Shown here: positions 56,738-64,000 of the stretch, piece by piece
Position numbering within the stretch: the stretch's first letter is position 1
Layout of the letters: each line of letters starts with the position of its first letter
NCBI GenBank assembly: GCA_964016885.1
Contig: OZ024741.1
Location: 29,636,001 to 29,700,000, forward strand
Source: Eledone cirrhosa
Taxonomy: Eukaryota
Direction of reading: 5' to 3'
DNA: 64,000 nt
Made by a program: the position numbers and the translations under genes
Notes under the pieces: generated by a model
The model's input: the letters and a program-made list of their open reading frames with translations, nothing else
The model's database searches: none
What the model was told of the DNA's origin: nothing

Positions 56738-56740
<3 letters not shown>
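52896..56740 (-). mobile_element. Naiad-like Penelope element with ~815-bp direct pseudo-LTRs, in (TA)n
   Basis: Direct repeats 52896-53710 and 55925-56740; (TA)n on both sides; RT-GIY-YIG frame between them. Confidence 0.92.
53340..55766 (-). pseudogene. Naiad-type RT + GIY-YIG ORF, a single frame interrupted by two in-frame TAA codons (55479-55481, 54744-54746)
   Basis: ORFs starting at 55766, 55217 and 54686 share one frame. Motifs SLKNIP..RRIRWKAF, KADKTSNLY, KDHK..RLICPSKS, QFDIDEYY, MGS.DSAEV.DLVG, GIYRDD, NFLDVT, SNHP, WYNP, RLSYS, CN..CPL..C..IVY..YVG, CKLC..E..LNS..CNH. Clade call rests on my recollection of YRDD-type Naiad motifs. Confidence 0.88.
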
Positions 56741-56824
<84 letters not shown>

Positions 56825-56930
56825 AACAAGTAAGGGGTCTTACTTGTTCTTATTACCCACTCTACTACCCTAAGTATTGAGTACTTTGGTGCGTTATGGT
56901 CCACCTGGTTTCTTACCACATTTCCTTCGT

Positions 56931-56963
<33 letters not shown>

Positions 56964-57166
56964 GTAAACTGTTATATGTAACAATCTCCCATTAGGTTGA
57001 GATACAAATTTGACTGTATTGTGCTGTGCTCTCTAGCAAAAATGCCACCAATCGTAAGCAACTACCACACCCTTCCAACCTGACCGCGGCTACGTCACGA
57101 TTCTTAGCCATTTTGAATGAATTCTTGGCGCGATCACTTTGGAAAATTTAGTGTCTAAATAAGAGC

Positions 57167-57258
57167 AAATCTCCTGATGAATCCGGTGCTCGAGTTTATA
57201 TAATTATTACATAATTATTGGAAAACTCAAAATGCGGATGAAACCATGGTAGAGTTTT
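57167..57258 (+). ncRNA. Type-I hammerhead with an extended (~59-nt) stem II domain
   Basis: AAAtCTC-CTGATGA-ATCCG..GAGTTT..ATAATTAT-tac-ATAATTAT..AAACTC..CGGAT-GAAA-CCATGG-TA-GAGtTTT. Confidence 0.8.
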
Positions 57259-59090
57259 TTAAATGTATTCTATTTTCTCCTAGTTTATTTTACACCTAAT
57301 TCTGTTTAGTTGACTGTATCTGGGCGATTACGCTGTCGAAATATTCGATAAATATTCCGTTGCGGCCGACGCGAAGGGGTGGGTTTCGGTTATTTGTTGA
57401 AGATTTCTTCAAAGAAGCCTCATTCTTATAGCCTGGTATATTCGATTTTTTATATAGTTAATTATGCTAATTGGGAGAGGAAATGGTATATATTTTATCT
57501 TGTGATTCTATAGACATGTTTTATGATATATATATATATACATCACCTAAAAAGACGACGCAAAATGTTGACTAACAAACTACTATATAGATCAACCATC
57601 ATGTGTTGTATAAAGAAATCCTCCAGAATTTCAGGAATGTGTTGTCACATGACTTTGTTCTCAGCCACTCTTTTCAACTTATACAATCTTATATATATCC
57701 TTAAATATACATATATCCTCCCACCATTTCTCCTGATAAAACTACCAACAAAACATATGTACTTACAAGCCGAAGAAGCCGCCTCTACAAGAGTATTTAG
57801 CTAGAAATACCTAAAGACTTCCTCAAATAACACCGTTCTGTTGTAAAAAAGAAAACTCATTGAGAAAAATTGTACTAGATGTACAAAAATATGTTAGTGA
57901 AATTTGGAATGAGTTTTTATCATAGCTTTGCTTGGTCAGTTCTAAAATTGAGTTACAGAACACCAATAAGGACAACAACAGCTATAGCAAAAACACCATG
58001 ACAATGTAGCAATATAAACCATTTCTAACAACGACGATGCATGACCGACCGTGTGGATATGAAGTTTACTTCCTAATATACCATTTTCCATTTCACTGCG
58101 TGTGATTTTGAGCATGTCGTGTTCGTCTACCAAATTTCATTCAGAAAATATTTGTCAACTAGAAGCGACATTAGAAATAATATTAGAAATGTGTTATGCT
58201 GAGAGACTGAACATTTAACTAAATGGTTACGAAGGAATATTCTTAAACGCGCAGTTCTGTATGGATCAATCCTATATGAGTATGGTGGCCAATTGCATAT
58301 GGTGCAATTTATGTTTTTAACACATGCTGTAAATTAATATTAACTTAACATCTAATGCGGCTTTTCACATTTTCCACGCACTACTGCCTTTTGTGTGAAA
58401 TATAAAGATAAGAACAAATTAATGGGATTTACTAAACTGGCTAAACGTAGAATAATAATTTGTAGCTTCAAATTAATAAACTAGATGAACAAACTAATGA
58501 GATTAGACGGTAAATGAAGAAAATTAATGAATACATTTAGAATTCGCTATCTGAAAGCACACATTAATCATTTATATTTATAATAATTAACTAAATATAA
58601 GAACAGTCTGTTAGAAGTAACAATACTGCTATGACTAAATTCTGATATAACTTATTATGAAGAAACATAGGCCGAAATACCTTCTTACAAATATGTTTTT
58701 TTTTGTTTGTTTTAATGAGAGGGCTTCAATGCAGCAACTCTATCTACAAAGCAGCAACATATCTCCCACATCCCTGAATATTATCTTAAAAAAGAAAGAA
58801 GCAAAATGGATAATGAGCTACGTACGCATACTAGATATCTGATGGAAATAGACGATATTTTCAAGGTTGGAAAGCCATGCGTTTTCCCATCTGTTTGAGT
58901 AGCGTCCACAATATACACTGAAAGACGTGGCACTATATCTGGTAGAGAAAAGAAAACAACCACATAATCCGCAAAAAGAATTTGTATCTGAATAAAAGCC
59001 GGGATTGACAGGGTTGAAGTGAATCTACCCTTGCGTCTGCACGGTATGTGCTTACCAGAAGTATCTAAACAATTTCTAGAGTATATATAT

Positions 59091-59275
59091 AATTGTTTCT
59101 ACTTTCGGCACAAGGCTAGCAATCACCCAGTACGTTACTGGTACTTTATTTTATCGACCTCGTAAGTATGAAAAGCAAAGTTAACATTGGCGGCATTTGA
59201 ACTCAGATTGTAAAGGGACGTAACTATGCTGGAAAGCATGTCCGACCCTCTACCAACTCTGCCAATCCACCACCC
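59091..59275 (-). mobile_element. SINE, same family (older relative at ~25415-25572 -)
   Basis: Direct similarity to 10259-10446. Confidence 0.8.
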
Positions 59276-60019
59276 TTTATAGTATATAAATACTATAGTA
59301 TATATATAATATAGGATTAGTATATTTCAAGATTTTGCCAAGAACTCGGCAAAAATACTAAATCTTTTCAGCAATATATCACTATAGTAAGGCAGTCGAT
59401 TGACAGAATTGTTTAATTTGCCTGTTTCTCTTTGCTTTCAAATTCTTCTGAAGTATATTTTGTATTTTACTCCTTCGAGATCGATAAAGAAACTGTCACC
59501 CTAGTGTCCGTGTAGCTCTTTGTAGCTGTCATGGATATTCCATTCAGACAAATTTTGGAAGTATGTGTGTCAACATGCAAGTACATGGGCAACTGAATTT
59601 GTTAGAAAGTGCATAGTAGACACTGATACCAAGTCATCCTCAATTACGGATGATAGTTGTAATGTATAATTATAGTGTAATATATATTTTTTGGATAAAT
59701 ACAATTATCGTATAAATACTATATTCTATTTTATTTGATGTGTCTTATTTTATAATAACATGCTATAGTTCAACGATTTTCTATATAAACAACTCTAATT
59801 GCCTGCTTGTTTAGAAAACTCTTTTATTTTAAATACATGTTTTGCTTGTAAATTGCTGGGTTGTTTTCTTTTCTGAAAACATGTCTAGTTTCAATAATTT
59901 GTTTAATTAAAAACTTAAATATACCTATTAACAAATTAATATACTAAAACTAATATGTTTCCAATATCAACACAGAAATATAGATTTGCGAACTGTTAAA
60001 TTCAGTTGTAAATATCGGG

Positions 60020-60355
60020 TTATCATTGAAGCGTTGGATAGTCGTTAGGCCTGGCAGTATTCATTTGGTTCTCTAATTTCAAATCGAGACAAGGCGTGAT
60101 TTGAAATTTAATCATTTTGAGTTCCATATATAAATTGGTAAGAATGTCCCAGGAAAGAATCGCTGGATGGATTTTACGGGCAAAACCAACCGGCAAAACC
60201 AACTGATCCAGCTCGATTCCCAAGCGCAACAGGCTTGGCTGGTTTCGCTTGGGGTTGAGCTGGATCACTTGGAGACAGTTGCTTCTGGAAGGACCTATTG
60301 GAAGGAGTATTTGAGGAATCTGCCCTCACAACTCTCTCAGGAATAAGTGGGCGAA

Positions 60356-60386
<31 letters not shown>

Positions 60387-60445
60387 AAGAAGAAGAAGAA
60401 GAAGAAGAAGAAGAAGAAGAAGAAGAAGAAGAAGAAGAAGAAGAA
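60020..60445 (+). mobile_element. RTE-like LINE 3' end with (GAA)n tail
   Basis: GVELDHLETVASGRTYWKEYLRNL followed by (AGA)n. The 5' boundary is approximate. Confidence 0.55.
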
Positions 60446-60864
60446 ACTTATATTACCAGTCCAAGATGGTGAATTGGTAAGATCTTTCCATTTCTATTTT
60501 TCCGTATGTCCAAGGTCAATCACACGAGAACCAAGTTCCAAAAGACAATTGACTTATATGGTCTTGAAAGCCTAAAATCAATAGCATTCAACCATTAGGA
60601 GATTTCTTAGGGTGTCATGCTACAAGGAATCGAGAATTGCCGAAGAGAAATATAATGTAAATTCAATTAAAATTGCGTAAAAAGGCGATACTTAGAAAAA
60701 CAAACTTGTATTAGAGAGGAGGGACTATCATGTGATTAGGAAGCTCACTCTATAAACACGTTGTTTCGGATAGGATCCCGCTGTGCAGCACAGTGGATTC
60801 ATCGTTTCAGGTACCAAATTTACCAGTCGATAAATATACTGAAGCACCCCCCCACACACACACA

Positions 60865-60905
<41 letters not shown>

Positions 60906-62681
60906 CTCTGTGTGTGAACGTGTTTGTCGATGTTTGTGCGTCTGTGTAAGCGGCGGTTAGCAAGATCAGTACATCGCATCGGAAATATACCACATGACAT
61001 TGGATTATGGAATTTTGTGTTTAAATCTAGTCCTGATTAATTTGGTCTTTTCTCTTTTCAAGCAGCAGAAGATAACCCATATATTTAGATTCACAGCAAT
61101 TTAGTCAAGATCTATATCCTTATAGGCAGGGTGACGCTTTGATGAAATAATCAAGCCCGCCTTCTGATACATTGCTACGTTTCTTTAACTTCTAAATTTA
61201 AAATCTTCCGAATAAAATACATAATACAAATGAAATAAAGTTGATTAAATATACTACACGTATTTACCCCCAAAACACCCTCATACATCAATGAGAGATA
61301 CATAATATCATTACTCGAACTGTTTGAAATAATAGTAAAATCTATTTAAAATCCTCTGTTATAAACTTAAGAATAAATATGAAGGAAATAATAATATAAT
61401 ATGAAATTAAGAATGTCTGAGACGACTGAATCATGAAGGCTCTAAGGCGTTAGGAACATTTTATTGTGTTATCTGTTATACAGAAACATATCTAAATCAT
61501 ATTTTACAAAAAGAAGTTATGCATTGATGGAAATAGGAAAAAAAAGATTAAAAAAAATTAAGTAATGAAAGAAAGAGGGTCAAGAGGTAAAGAAGGGCAG
61601 ATCTGGATGTATAGGAAAATAGAGGAAAGAACTATAAATGTCATGATCCTAAGTTTATTCAATCAAGACAAGCATGGGGTTAAACTTTATCAATAACAAT
61701 CTCTGAAATATATAGCATTCATTGCCAACGTGTCTTGTCGTCAGATGTAGACATGCAATTTACTATTTCTATGACAGTAAAGTTAGGGCAAATAAACCAT
61801 TTTAAAAATAATTGATTTATATTTTATCAGATTTGCAGTGGCATATTATCAGTTATAGCGAAACACTTGCCATATCAGAACATACTGGAAAAGTTAATCT
61901 AACAAACACGTTATGAAGTATTGAACAATTATATACAATATTCCACCATGTACGTGTTATAGATTCTACACACGGTCTCAAAACAAGGGTTAGTTGAGGA
62001 AAGTTAATTTTGTTAGAGTGTCATATATGATGTCGTGGGCTAAAGGGGTGCAGAAAAGTTCCTGACTTAAGGGTATCGTGAAAGGGTTGAGCTGTTACCT
62101 TTACAGTGGAGCTAGAACTGCAGCTATAAGTGGGTGAATGTGAGAGGGAAATATGTTGAATAACATCATAATTAACTGGTCTTCTTTTATTTTCTTTCAC
62201 CCAAAGCCAGGAAAGTTTCAACACCCAGGAAAATATTCATAATCTTTACGTTCTGAGGTCAAATTACTTGCACGAAAGTCTTAACCCATTATCTGTTTTA
62301 ATGCCACAAGCTGTGTTTTGATTGCTCTTAGTACAGCACACCCTATTACAAACTTTTGAGGATATCTTCTTCGCTCTCTCCCATCAGTCTCGTATCTCAA
62401 GAAAAGAGTAACAAGTCTGGCCCCGTTGTTCCTGTTTAACGTATTTGTCGGAAGAAAACGGATGCAAACTATTGCAAACCAATCCGACCACGAAAGATCC
62501 CATCAGTTGAGATACTGTTGAGACAAGTTAAATAAACCATCATAATGTTGATCACTATGTCTATTTTCGAATTTTGTTATTAATTCTGGAAGTTATCATA
62601 AATATTATTTTCTATTTCGTGAGCAACGAAGAATTTTTTTTTCACATCTACACTGCAGGAAGCCACAAGATGTAGAAAGGC

Positions 62682-62858
<177 letters not shown>

Positions 62859-63752
62859 ATACATATAGCTTAATGTGTTGTAACCTTATGTTACTGTTGG
62901 CACACCAACTTGATTATTCGATGATATATTTGTATGTATATATAGTGAGCGAGCGAGAGAGAGAGAGAGGGGTTATATATATATTCGGTTTATTTTGTTT
63001 TCTTATGAATGTAGTTAGTTTATTTATGTATTTATTTATTCATTTATTCATTTGTTATTTGCGTTCTCGTATGGTTAATTTAGGCTTCCCTACAGCTCTT
63101 TTATGGAGAATAAGAATAAAATGCTGTTATATGGGATATTGAAGGTCTCCATTATTAAATGATCATTGTATGTTTGTCTTTGAAAATTGACAAGACTTTC
63201 TAGCTGTATTTCACGCATATATCTTTCACCAAAAGTCTACAGCTTCTATTTCTTTATTAATATAATTGTCTGCTTAAGAGTTTCTTTCTCCTTCACTCTA
63301 TTTCCAGTCATTTAGTTTCTTATACTTGTGTCCGGATTCACGTAACAAGACACACAAACAAACTTACTCACACACATACTTACATTCACACACACTTGCA
63401 CACACACAGACACATACTAACATACACACACACACTCACACACTTGCACACATATACTTACATACACACACGCGCGCACGCACACACAAACTTACATTCA
63501 CATAGACACACACTCACACACTTGCATACATACACACACATACATACACACACAGGCACACACACACACGTACACACACACGTACATACACACACATACA
63601 CACAGACACTTACATACACACACTTACATACATACACACACTTACACACACATACACTTACACCCACACACACTTACGCACACACAACGCGCACACACAA
63701 ACACACACACCCACACACACACAGAGGCGCTCGCAAGCACACACACACACAC

Positions 63753-63839
<87 letters not shown>

Positions 63840-64000
63840 TATATCATGTATGAAAATGTGAGGTTTCCCTATAAAATACTTTTATTCTTTATCGAACGTA
63901 ACAAAACATTAGCAGATGATTGGCCCTACGTCTTGATACAATAAACCTAGCTCCAATATTGATCTTATCAATCGTGTGGAGTTAAGTTGACTATACGAAT

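Overview
AT-rich, microsatellite-saturated animal DNA with dense (TA)n, (CA)n, (GA)n and (CATA)n tracts. The SINEs and repeat style suggest an octopod cephalopod (inference). I found no convincing host exon, and almost all ORF-track entries are microsatellite noise. The window is dominated by Penelope-like retroelements (PLEs) inserted in (TA)n: (i) a young intact element at 46861-52117 (1210-aa RT + GIY-YIG ORF, ~160-aa in-frame Asn-rich insert, ~940-bp pseudo-LTRs); (ii) a Naiad-like element at 52896-56740 (one frame with two TAA stops); (iii) a 5'-truncated Neptune-like element at ~43805-46420. Around them are many non-coding mini-elements carrying minimal type-I hammerhead ribozyme (HHR) motifs, arranged as tandem units and/or fold-back palindromes. 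The most notable is a ~466-bp retrozyme-like family with two very divergent members (8-9.6 kb and 42.6-43.4 kb) that keep unit length, the HHR and an upstream two-hairpin module. Also present: RLE (R4/Dong-like), Tx1-like and RTE-like LINE fragments, tRNA-derived SINEs, a non-autonomous Helitron and a ~141-bp tandem repeat. All motifs and pairings were read by eye and are not computationally verified.
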